Assembly (NCBI GenBank): GCA_964247055.1
Contig: OZ176055.1
Coordinates: 9,548,001-9,612,000 of the forward strand
Direction: 5' to 3'
From: Paragordius varius
Taxonomy: Eukaryota; Animalia; Nematomorpha
DNA: 64,000 nt
Shown: piece after piece, positions 39,201 to 64,000 of the stretch
How the letters are laid out: each line of letters opens with the position of its first letter
Position numbering within the stretch: position 1 is the first letter of the stretch
The notes under the pieces: model-generated
The model's input: the letters and a program-made list of their open reading frames with translations, nothing else
What the model was told of the DNA's origin: nothing
Databases searched by the model: none
Position numbers and translations under genes: made by a program

Positions 39201-42200
39201 TCCCAAGCCCATTATTATTGAGCATTTTCTAAAATCAATTTACATCATAATCAGCTGGTCACTTTTTGTAAGAGGATTTATTTCCCTTATATGCCGTGTG
39301 GCTCCCAAGTTTTTTTTCAGCTTCTAAAGCCTATCATTCACTATCAAAATAAAAGCACTCTTTCATGGTTAAAAAATTTTAAAGTAAAAAAATCCAGATA
39401 ATTTTCGCTAATATTCTCAATGATTTTAGTTGTGTCGCGTATATATTTATAGTTATATCGATAAATAAATATTTTAAAATGATATAGACTTGTGTTTGGG
39501 AAGCATTGTTTGAATAATATGTGAACTCTCATTGGTTGACCCTCACTCAGGGCATTGGTATATTCGGTTCTGTTAAAAACTATTTTCACCAAACGATGAT
39601 CGGAATGCAAACGGCCACGATACATAATCATATTGGGGTATACTTCAAAAACCATTAAAGCCTTATTTTTGGGCTGAAATAACCGTATCTAAACATAATA
39701 TTTATTATAATATAAAAAAGGTCAGCTTGGTTAATTGAATAAAAATATATTATTTAACGGTAAATAGAGTAACCAAATCCAAATATATTGAGGGCTTATA
39801 TTAAAAACCATAGGAAAATTAATGGCGGTAAAATTCTTAAATACTGGAAAGATTAGAGCATAAGGCTGATTCCCCTAAAACAGAAATATTATATAGGCTA
39901 TTTTAACACAACTCTTTTTCAGGTCAGTTTAAACCTCAGCATTGAGGGTCCAGTAAAAATTGAAGTTATACGGACAAAATGTAAAAATATAAAGATAAAT
40001 ATTTTTTATAAGAGACGACCATACTTTTTTAAAACTTAATTTTTCTTATATAACTATTTAATTAAAATGGTAAAATATATAATTAATTATGTTACCAATA
40101 TACATCTCTATTATTATTATCAAACACTGAGTTATATTTAAATAAATTCAGATTAAAAAAGTATGATCAGCTTTTAAAAAAAAATATTTTTGTATTTTTA
40201 TGCGTTTTGTCCGCATTTCAAATTTTACTGTAATGTCCATCGCAAACAAAATTATTTTGCACATAAGGAAGCGTTTTTAATGGCTAAAATGTGAAAACTT
40301 AAATTTCGAAAATAGCAGACAATTTTCATTATCAGTAGCCAGCCTAGCATCTTTCTTTAAAACTTGAATTCTTATTTTTCTTTGGTGTTTAATACTATAA
40401 AACAGGTCTATAAGAATGATTTGATAAAAAAAGTATCATTGCGTTATTTTCATAAAATTTTGGGTTATTACTTATTATATTAATATAAACCTCGGTTGGA
40501 TCCTTGTCTGGAAAAAGTTTATTATAATTTATTTGAAGATTGACAAAGTTAAACCCATCGTGAGCATTTGTTGCGTTATATGGTTGAGTTACTAAAACGA
40601 CATTTTTCACAAATTCCAAATTCAGCAGTACGTAATACTAAAATATATAAAAATTTAACATTAAAACCCATAAATTACGGTTAAGTTAATATATTTAAGG
40701 GTCCGCCACAATTCTCTAGATTTATTTTTAATATTATCCATGATTCTATTTTTAGTTCCAGGATATTTTTTATTACCCATATCCTATTTTTCTATCAATG
40801 TGAAAACCAAAAAATTTGTTGCTTGCTGCTTTTTCCTCCAAAATTTGAATAAAAAATATATAAAATAATAATGAGGTGTATATTGTTTAAAAATATAAAA
40901 TAAAATATTAAAATAAATCATTTTATGGAACCGCAGTTTAGACCATAAAAATATTTCCGAAACTTTTTGAATTTTTGGATTCACAATCCAAAAATCGCTA
41001 ATGGTTCAGGTTCTCCACACAAACAATACAAATCGAATCAATGATAAATATCATTGAGTTTTAAATTTAGTTTCTTTAAATTTTAACAAGTTATAAGTTA
41101 ATTAACGATAAAATTTTCGTATATTTTCCAATTTATCAATTTTAAGATCCAAAAAGCTCAAAGTTCGAACCATTTTAGGGAAAATATGCATAAAAAGAGT
41201 TACTAGTTCATTCAAAATTAAAATCTAGTTGATTTATGATTATTATTGGTAAATATATACATTTACCGTATAATGAAATTTATGTAACAAACGTATCATT
41301 TTTTAAAGGACAAATAATTTTAAAGCTTTAAAATCAAGTTCATTTAAGATCACTAGGTAAATCTGTATACCTAGAGAATGTTTGACGATTTTTTAGTCAC
41401 GTACCGAACGGCTTAATTTATATTTTTAATAAAAGTTAAGTAGAATGCAAGTGAGCGTTGCAAAACTATATTTTTTTAGATTCTCTGAAAATTTAATATA
41501 CTTATGATTTATCTTAATCTTTTTTTTAGACGCTTTATTTGTATGTCAATATATGTATTTATTGACTTACAAAGTTTCCATTTTGATTTATAAATAAAAA
41601 ATTATACTAATTAAAAACAGCTAACTGCTAATTAGTTTTTTGAGTATATTTTCCTTATATGCAATCTGACCCCCACTTTTTTTGCGGAATCCGAAATTGC
41701 ACTAGTCTTTCATCCAAAAATACGTATAAAATTACATTTTTACCCTAAAGATATGTAATGTCTATGAAAAAGTATTATTTTAGCCTATATACAAGGAGTA
41801 TCAAATGATATTTATATCTAAACAAATTTTAAATTTTAATTATATATTGTTTAAATAACTCTATACAAAATAATAATAGGTCTAGCAAAATGCGATTATA
41901 TTTTGTTAAATAATTTTTTATTTACCTGTGCATTCAAAACATTAACAAAATTTTCTAATCTGGTAATTGGATTATCACGGAGTATGACTTCAATATGCGT
42001 ATTATTATAAATGAAAGTGATATCATTGAGAGGAAAATCATGAACCCACGAATCCTCAAAAGCTTCCAATCTAATCAAACCACTATTTTTCATGATAAAT
42101 GGTTAAGTATATTATGAACACCAATATATTAATGTATAGGAGACACTTACATGTCTATCTATCATTTAATATAAGTTCGGAAGGAAGTTAAGTCGGACTC

Positions 42201-42660
42201 ACATCATCAAACAAAGTTATTTCACATATAAAGCTTTTATAAAAACTATAATTTTTTGAAACGCTATTAACAGTGTTTTTTGTTAACGAGTATTTTTTAA
42301 TTTAATAATAGGATAGGTAAATTATTTAAGAGCTTAACAACAAAATTCAAATAAGGGTATGGAAACGGAAAATCACCATGAAAATCTGATATTTTATCGG
42401 AATTTCATCTTGATATCTTTGTTGTAACAAAAAGTTTTAAATTAAAAGGGAAAACATTTAAAAATTTATTAACGTTATCCTTCAATTGAAGGAACATTAA
42501 TAAACTTTATATTCATAGAGAACTAACATTACCTGTTGGCCCCTGGTGGATCACATATACATTTTACTAATTGTTAATTTATGCAAAAACCTTTTTGGAT
42601 TAAAACAAATGTCGTCAGAATGTATAGGAAGAAGAAACTGTTTGAAAATACAGCCATCAT
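36204..42660 (-). CDS. Orphan multi-exon secreted-type protein (at least 373 aa modelled; 3' end unresolved, possibly extending to about 35316)
   Basis: Eight GT-AG exons chain in compatible phases without stops: 42591-42660, 42533-42566, 41926-42082, 40491-40637, 39359-39688, 37671-37756, 37081-37270, 36204-36308. The N-terminus MMAVFSNSFFFLYILTTFVLIQKVKCICDPPG is signal-peptide-like, there are several N-x-S/T sequons, and four of the supplied ORFs (41896, 40395, 39344, 37009) fall in it. No family recognised. Extra exons or different boundaries are possible. Confidence 0.55.
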
Positions 42661-43014
42661 TAAAAATTGTGAGCTAAAACTAACAAATGGTAGATTTAAG
42701 TAACAATTTGGCTAGTTAAAAAAATAAATTAAGCGTTTTTTAAAGTTACCTTGATGTTATGAGTCGATTTATAAGTGCAATCAACCTAATAACTTAACAC
42801 TTTTCGTTTATCCTCGAAATCTTAAAATATAAATTAATTAAAAAACTTATATAGGCATATATTAAAACATGAATATAATATAAACAAGTTAAACCATGAA
42901 ATTTATCAATTGGAAACTACATTTAAAATTTGTGAAATAATTTAGATAAAAATTTAAATATAAATTATGGTAATCACGCCAATACATATCCCGATTTAAA
43001 TGATTCACGCGTAG

Positions 43015-43500
43015 AGCAAGGGTGTCCAAAACAAATGGCTTCGCGGGCCGCATTTAAAATTAATATGCAGACACAATATAACATTTTTTTGTATTTCTTG
43101 CAAATTATATAGACCAGGGGTTCAATATAAATGGCTTAGAGAACCGCATATATATGCTCAAATATTTCGGCGGGCCGCATTTGACAAACATGAAACCGTT
43201 AAAAGGGAACGCAATAACAATTTCTTCGTGAAATTTTTATAAAAATTTGTTTAAATTTTATTGAGATTCGCATATTTAATTATGGATTTGCATATTTTTC
43301 TCGGGCCGTACATAATGTCACGGAAACCTTTCTTAATATAAAATATCCATAAGTAAAGTAAAAATATAGCTATTTGGGATAATTTTTAATAATAATGAGA
43401 ATTAGGATCAATTTTTTATTGATATATATGAGTTTATTCGAGACTTATAAGTTAAAATATTCAATACAATTAAAATGCGGCCTATGGTAGAATTGGTCTT
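43015..43500. mobile_element. hAT-Charlie-like fragments (CAGGGG termini, GCGGGCCGCA subterminal motif)
   Basis: Repeated GGGCCGCA motifs and CAGGGG/AAGGGTGTCC starts. Similar fragments at about 9410-9470, 17400-17920, 24190-24420 and 30395-30430. Confidence 0.55.
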
Positions 43501-44295
43501 ATTTAAATCATTGGAATATATTGTATGAACTTTCTTATTTATTTAAAACAAATAATATTTAAATATTGAAACAATGTTTATATGCAAAAAGCTTTGCAAT
43601 TAAACGTGCTTCATGATGTGAGACATGATGAAACAAATAGCGCAAGATATTATAAAAACACTTTCAATACAATCGGTGACGCTGAAAATTTCTATCACCT
43701 TAGAATTTCGATAATCAAATTTGTTTGATTTAGATTATGATAATAATTTGCTTTTCTTCAAAAATGTTTTAAACCCAAACGAACCATTTATTCAGAATTC
43801 TGAAGTGATCAGAATCATAATATCCTAAAGAGTTTCTAATTATTTTTTTTGCTTCTACATAAAGTAAGCTTCAATAAAATTTTGCTAAATATTGGATTTT
43901 TGAACTATAGGTTATTTCACAAAAATCTTTTTTGATGTTATAATCCAGAAATTAATATTTTAACGTGAAAGCTAGGCATATTTATGTTTATTTTAAGTGA
44001 TTTAGCCCATTTAATAGGCCGTAAAATTGGATTTTCGTACCCCACAAGACCATATTTTTAAATATAGTATATCTATTAAAATAATATTTTTTGGAATTAA
44101 TTTGGCTTTTACCACAAATTTAAACATAATATGCGATAATTTCGCCATTATCAAAAAAGCTTAAATAATTTAATAAATCCCTCGTAAGGGTGAACACCAA
44201 AATCAACTACATTTATCTATCATATGTTTTTCATCAAGATACTTTTATCCCCCCGTCCCCCGATTTCGGACGCAGTGGATGGGGTAATTACCAGA

Positions 44296-45433
44296 ATTAC
44301 TTGGTACAACACATTCATTTTAGTCCTTCGATTTAAATTGGGGTAGTTGGATACCCGAGGCCTATTTAAAATTAACTCCTTTAACACTTCGAATCTTATT
44401 GGGGTATCTAAATACCCCAGACTAAATTTAAGTTAGGATTTTTAAAAAACTACTGAAGGAAACGACCCCAATTTAAATTTATGCTTCTATCCTGATAAAA
44501 ATTATATAAATATGCCAAAATAGCTTGATAAAATTTTGTTTTGAAAAAAAAAGTTCCATGTCAAACTACTTCGACGCCATTTTTATTTTACAAAATTTTT
44601 GCAAAATATCGTCTTCTTTTAATTTTAAGGGTAAAATTAAAGTTAATTTTTTATTTAAATTACATCTAACATTGATAGAAATAGAAAAAGCGGTTTATTT
44701 TGTATTATTTTTAAATTTTACCATTATACACATGTCACGTTGACTAAATTTTTACCTTTCGGTTTTAGCTTAAAATAAGTGATATCAAGTATTTTTGAAT
44801 TAATTTTATATATTTCGTTTTATTAATATTATATAAGTGCAAAATTTTGCCATAGTTTCAATTCCTCTCATATTTTTAAAGAATTTGATTTTAAACAGGC
44901 CTGGGGTATTTAACTACCCCAATTTAAATCGAAGGACTAAAATGTACTTGTATCCAAGTGTTAAAAAATATGGAATGAATCAAAATCATGGCATATTTTG
45001 TAATTAATAAAAAAATTTATTCAAAAATACTTGATATTACTTACTTTAAGCTAAAACCGAAAGGTAAAATTTAGTCAACGTGACATGTGTATAATGGTAA
45101 AATTTAAAAATAATACAAAATAAACCGCTTTTTCTATTTCTATCAATGTTAGATGTAATTTAAATAATAAATTAGCTTTAATTCTACCCTTAAAATTAAA
45201 TGAAGACGATATTTTGCAAAAACTTTGTAAAATAAAAAATGGCACCGTAGTAGTTTGACATGGAACTTTTTTTTCAAAACAAAATTTTATTTAGATATTT
45301 TGGCATATTTGTATAATTTTTATCAGGATAGAAGCATAAATTCAAATTGGGGTCGTTTCCTTCAGTAGTTTTTTAAAAATCCTAACTTAAATTTAGTATG
45401 GGGTATTTAGATACCCCAATTTGAATCGAAGTG
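44296..45433 (-). mobile_element. MITE family A, outer copy split by the inner copy
   Basis: 44965-45433 and 44296-44380 are the two contiguous parts of one minus-strand copy, interrupted at an internal TTAA. Confidence 0.8.
44385..44960 (+). mobile_element. MITE family A (TTAA-flanked, piggyBac-type), intact 576-bp copy
   Basis: TTAA|CACTT...AAGTG|TTAA, with TTAA at 44381-84 and 44961-64. Subterminal palindromes GGGGTATCTAAATACCCC and GGGGTATTTAACTACCCC. Confidence 0.85.
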
Positions 45434-45760
45434 TTAATTTTTGAATATAGGGTGGCAATCACATAAAACATTTAATGATTTAGCCCAAAACCAAAAGCAC
45501 CAGGCTATTTATGACGTAAATTGTTACCAGAATGAATATGTTTTACCCGGATATACTTTTATAGCTTTCGATATTATACAGTTTGTTTATTTCCAAGTAC
45601 TAATTTTGGCGATTTAGTAAAACACCAACTTAGAATAACCCTTAAAACCAAAAGCGTTTATTTTTGTATGAAAAATTTTATCCAAACAAATTTTTGTATC
45701 GTGTATAAATAATCATTCGTTAAAACATACATTAGACACACGTTTGAATTTAGGACGAGG

Positions 45761-58712
<12,952 letters not shown>

Positions 58713-60431
58713 TTTACCCCTTTTAAATGTTAACTAACTAATTTCAACATTTCACTATCAAGCCAAATATATGTTTTTTACCATCCTATAGCTGGCAATA
58801 ATTATTTCATCGAAAAAAATGTGATCTGCAAAGATATCATATATATATATATATATATATATTTCATTTTATAAATAGTTTTTATTTTAATTATCTATGT
58901 GATATAATAATATAGAAATGATTAGATGTTTTTAATTAAGGGATGACAGCATTTTATTTTAAGATAGCGATCTATTAATTTATACCTTATCATTTTCCAG
59001 AATGTGTACATGGATATGTATTTTATTATGTTATAAATTGAAAATAAATATGTTAATTTTATATATTTCGGTTATTCTTTAGCTTACTTTTTAACAAAAT
59101 ATTAATTAATGGTTAAAGTTACATTAGGATAAATTATTTTTTGGATTAACTCAATGATCTTACTTATATATATATCCTAATGGATTGTGAGAATGATAAT
59201 TAACAAAACCACTAAATATTTATCATTGAATATTATTTATATGTAATTATATGAAGTAAATCTTAAAGCTTTATAAGGGATATATTCCTTCAGCATCAGG
59301 AAAAAGTCTTTTAAATGATGGATATCGAAAATTTAAAAAAATGTTATAAAATAATTTAAATTTATGCATAAATTTGTTAAAATTAAAGGGTGACATTAAA
59401 TTGGTTAATAGGCTCAACAATAAAAGATAATTTTTAAGTTAAACTTTATAAAAAAAATCAAATTAGTTATCACTAAAATAATTTTTTATCCGCAAATTTC
59501 CTGGGTTTTTTGGCAAATAAAATTTAAAATAAATTTGTAAAAAAGTATTAAGGTTATTATGTCGAAGCTAACAGTAGTTATATTCATTTTTACCATCTAA
59601 AAATATTTGTGACATACAAGATTTACACTTGATAACAATTCCATCACGTTTACATGTCCATTAACACTCCATTATCTATAGGGGTAGTTCATATCGCATA
59701 GTGATTTGAAATTTGATTATTTTGAAACGCATTTATGTTATTAGACCAAATTTTAAATATGCTTTTGCATTATACAATTTTTTTAAAAAAAATAGAAAGT
59801 TGTAAAAAAATCTTTATCTCAAACTTTTTTGCCGCCATTTTTTGTATATTTTTTTAATCGCTAATGCAACAAGCATATAAATCTACATTTTACCAGGAAA
59901 AAGTTGATACATTTAGATTTTAATATCAGCTGTTCCTTTCAATCGTGTTTTGGAGCCCAATTTTAGACTCTGGGACTCACAAAACTGCAAAAACTATAAG
60001 CTTTATCTAATATATGAGAACTGTTTAATAACTATATTTTAATTAAAATAACTTTAAAACTGTAGTTCATTTGCGAAATTGAATTCCTGGATAGAAATAT
60101 ACCAAAAAGGAATACAAAAAATGAAAGGTAATTAAGTGTTTATTTAAGTTGGGTTTTTAACAATTGCAGGTTTGTGAAAAACTATTTTAAAATATGGGTA
60201 TAAATTGAAATGGTTTTCAAATATATATATTATTAAATGTACCGAATTATCAAATATACAATAGGATTATTATTATATTACTTTACAAAAATTTGCATTA
60301 AATAAACGCATAAAAATTTTTAAATAAAAAATTAGCAAAAACAAAATGATATTTTAAGTAACAGAAATTCGTCCAAGATTTTAACTAAACATCTTTATAA
60401 AATCATATGTGTATATTTATATATTTGCCCC

Positions 60432-61198
60432 ATGGGTGAGGATTCTTCGATTGGGACTTTGGCTGAAGAGGCAAGAAAACGCCGAGAAAGATTAACAGAA
60501 TTAATGAAGAAAAAATCTGTGGGAAATAAAAAAGAAAAAAAGTTTGATTTATTTATATTAAAGATTAAAATTTCGAAATTATACTCCGACAGATGACGTA
60601 TTACAGCCATCAACATTACCTAAAATTGATTTAAATGATGGTTATATTATATTCTAAATACTAGTTGATAAAAAAATTCAGGAACAAGTAGCTTTAGATT
60701 TTGAACCAACTGAAAAGCTTGTGGATAAAGTTGAAATGGTTAGACTGTTTTTTTAACATTAGAATCTTACATCTCTAGCTCCTAGGAAGATAGATTGGGA
60801 CTTAAAAAGAGACATTGCCAAAAGGCTTGAAAAATTAGATAAAAAGACACAAATAGCTATATCCGAATTAATACGTATTTTTCTTATTTTTATCCCAACG
60901 TTTTTATTTTTATCCACAAATTTGTTATTAGAAAATATTTTTATAAATGACTAATTGTAGACAATTTGATATTTTGATAAGGTTTCACCGTTTTATACCA
61001 AGTAAGTTCCATTTCAAACTCTAAATATCGTCATATTACCCATTTTAAATGAATAACTTGAATATATGTTGCTTAAAACATTTTTCCCAAGGATAATTTA
61101 TTTACTGATTTCAAATTGTTTAAAATGTTTATTTTTTAGGTGAAGAACTATTTGCTTCAAAAGATCTCACATCATTGCCAGAAAAGGAAATAAATTAA
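60432..61198 (+). CDS. CCDC12: Coiled-coil domain-containing protein 12 / Cwf18 (spliceosome-associated)
   Basis: Five exons missed by the ORF track: 60432-60541, 60564-60640, 60665-60738, 60763-60874, 61140-61198. They give IGTLAEEARKRRERL, LKFRNYTP and NLTSLAPRKIDWDLKRDIAKRLEKLDKKTQIAISELIR, the cwf18 signature. Confidence 0.9.
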
Positions 61199-62011
61199 AT
61201 ACTATATACGAATTTATTTATTATTATTTTTATATATCGAATAAATATCTATCAAAGACGTTTAATTTGTGTTTTCTGCTCCAAAAATTGTTTGAATTTT
61301 GATATCAATAATAGTTACATATTTTATTCCTTTATATCGATTAATAGGTCATTTTTTGCAAATTTTGATGTGATATTTAACTCTTTTAGCATGACAAAAA
61401 TATCCTATTTTTTTGATGGCAACTATACTCTAATTTTTACTAGTGACATTCAAACGAAAATCGGAATTTTATTACAGAGAAAATAGTCCTAATTGTATAT
61501 CAGGTAAAAAAAAGTTTGGAAGATATGGTTACAGATAATTTACACGGTTGTGTGTGCATTTGAAAATTTCTGCAAAAAATTGTTATCACTTTTAACACAC
61601 AAAGTAAAACGCTTGCTTTTTATCATTTATAACTGCATGAAATGAAAAAAAACCATTGTAAATTATTTATAAATAAGTAAAAAGCTTTTGGATGTTTTCA
61701 TTATAAAAAAATTTAAAATTCGGTTTATATACTAAAGTTGAGTCCGGTTAACGTCATAATTTGTTTATTTCCCCAAAAATATACTTAAATTAATTTAATC
61801 CAAAATGTTTTCTCTACATATAAATATTAATGAAGTATTAAATAAAAGATATTCTTAATTATACATTTCTTTCTAAAACTCAGGTTTCCAACACAAAGGG
61901 GAAAATTTAGAATATTTAATTTGTCAAAATATGCTCATAAAAGCTTGGTCAGATTGATATGTGATAAACAAATTTTCTTTATACTAATTGGCAACAAACT
62001 ACAAAAAATTG

Positions 62012-62329
62012 TAACGACATTATGCGGAGATTATTTTATAAGCTTACCATGACAATTAGAAGTCATAGTACTTCTTATTGATATGAAACGAAAATTAAAT
62101 ATATATATACATATATTAAACTTCTAACTGACAGTGCCCGTGTTCTTATATGTGATTGATGAGTCCACAACAAGGATGAAACGCGTCACGTCTCACACTA
62201 TGACACGTGGTAAACACTGTCCTTTAAAAATTTTGTTTCATAAGCCACTACCAATTGCTCCATAGGGACTACTATGACTTCTAATTGCAGTGGTAGGCTA
62301 ATAAAAATAATCTCCACATAATGTCGTTA
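62012..62329. mobile_element. MITE with roughly 65-bp imperfect TIRs
   Basis: TAACGACATTATGCGGAGATTATTTT...CAATTAGAAGTCATAGTA (62012-62075) mirrored at 62264-62329. Confidence 0.7.
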
Positions 62330-63491
62330 TTATTAAATATAAAGATGGCATTTTCCGCCTAGTATGTCTAAAAATTAATAAAAAATTTTGGTGTTTTAAT
62401 TATACAGTCATATGTTTGTAATCTACTGAAATATTTTATATTGCCGATATATATATATTTATAAATGCGCAGAGCGTGATTAACAATTTTTTTATTCTCC
62501 TTTTAACTAAACCTTGTTAAAATACGGGATATTTAAACGAAATTGGTTTTCAAGCAATTTTCCGAAAGCGTGTAAGCCTACCAATTTGATATAATATTTT
62601 TGATTTTTACGAATGCGCTAAGGGTAACTGGGCCTTTTTTTGAATATATCTTCAGTGTAACTTTACCCAGAAAAGGTTTTATAAAAAAAATATTGATTTT
62701 AATTGTTGGAAATAGTATACATAAAAAATTATAATACCTTTCCCACATATTAAATACCGCTGAATATTTTATTACTCAATTAAAGCATTCGGTTTCTCTC
62801 AGCTACAACTTAAAAATTTTACTGTCCATTATAAAAATGGAATTTGGCTTTGAAAACAGGTTTCCGTAAAACTAATAGACCTATTCGAAAACAAAAGCAG
62901 AAGTTTTTTATTCGTTTATAATGGTAACGAGGGTGATAATTTTAAATCACACACGTTCATCCCTATCCGTGTGTTAAAATAAGATTTTAAATGCTGGCCC
63001 TCAAGAATTCCGGAAAATTTAATTAATCGATTTTTGAATTTTTACAAATACTTCACACTTTCGGAGACCACACAAAATTACCTGTGATTTTTAAAAAAAT
63101 GATTACATCCTGGACTAGTTTTATATCTCAGAGCTTAACTTGTAAATTAATAAAAGTTTAGAAAGTTATTAATTTATTTGACCCTGTTCTCTTGCATTTT
63201 ACAAAGAAGATAATTTTTAACCTCTATAATCACAAACTGAGATGGCTCTAAAACACGATTGCAACTAATGACTAAGAATACAACAATAAAATATTAAAAA
63301 TTTGCTGGAATGTAATTCAAAAGCTATTTAAAGCTACCTTATTAACCTAAGTTTAATGTTTTTTGCCTTTTGTATTTGTAATGTAAAATCAAAGAAAAAA
63401 ATGGCGGCGAAAAAATTTAATAACAATTTTTTTCATTTTTATTAACATGCGCCTAAAAGGCTAAAGTAAACTTTATAAACTAGATTAAAAT

Positions 63492-63630
63492 GTCAATAAA
63501 AACATTTTCCCAATCAATTGAAACGTTTACCGGTCAATAAAAACATTTTCCCAGTCAATAAAAACGTTTTTCCAGTCAATTAAAACGTTTTTCCAGTTGA
63601 TAAAAACATTTTCCAGTCAATAAAAACGGT
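63492..63630. repeat. Minisatellite, about 21-bp unit, 6-7 copies
   Basis: GTCAATAAAAAC(A/G)TTTT(C/T)CCA repeated head-to-tail without spacers. Confidence 0.8.
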
Positions 63631-64000
63631 TTTATTAATTTCTTAATAATTTCTTTAGGGGTGGTTTTTCCCAGAGCGATTTAAAATTTGAATATCTTAA
63701 AAAGTTAAAGCTGAATTAAAATATGCTTTCTTTAACCTTTTTGGCGCATCAAACAAATTTCTTTTTAGAAAATGTAAAATTGTAAAAAATCCTCATCTCC
63801 AAATTTTTTAGAGCCATTTTTTTCTCAAATTTTTTTAAATCGCTAATGCAACAGGCAAATAAGTGTATATTATGAACAGAAAATGTAAATAACTTTAGGC
63901 TTTCAGGTTGCATTTAACCAGCAAAAAATGATATTTATTGATTTTAAAATCAGCTGTTAGTTTCAATTGAGTTTTGGAACTGTTCTAGAATCTCGAAGTC

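Noticed and set aside
60432-61198. Ciliate origin or a reassigned genetic code, suggested by 22-30 nt introns and high AT
   Set aside because: TAA and TGA terminate genes at the expected positions, no reconstructed exon has an in-frame TAA or TAG, and TGF-beta receptor-like domains point to an animal.
63492-63630. 21-bp direct repeats as CRISPR or iterons
   Set aside because: Head-to-tail with no spacers, inside repeat-derived DNA; an ordinary minisatellite.

Overview
Very AT-rich eukaryotic (metazoan) genomic DNA read with the standard genetic code. I found no rRNA, tRNA or CRISPR features. Eight protein-coding genes could be reconstructed by hand from GT-AG exon chains: the 5' part of HYOU1/GRP170 (minus strand, running off the left edge); two divergently oriented serpin paralogs with a non-inhibitory-type hinge; a secreted-type protein made of two tandem 10-Cys TGF-beta/activin type I receptor-like ectodomains, with no kinase found; a small secreted Gly/Tyr-rich protein ending in Gly-Arg; an orphan multi-exon secreted-type protein; a 16-exon STT3A; and CCDC12/Cwf18. 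Intron sizes are bimodal: 22-30 nt micro-introns occur next to introns mostly 0.26-2.3 kb long that are inflated by MITEs. The rest is DNA-transposon debris: four mariner relics, hAT and probable piggyBac relics, an RTE LINE 3' end and several MITE families, one nested inside itself at a TTAA. The most unusual items are the kinase-less double receptor-ectodomain gene, a tandem array in STT3A intron 3 built from the exon 3 end plus its 5' splice site, the serpin pair and the micro-introns. Micro-introns plus metazoan genes suggest a reduced invertebrate such as a myxozoan, dicyemid or orthonectid; this is inference only.
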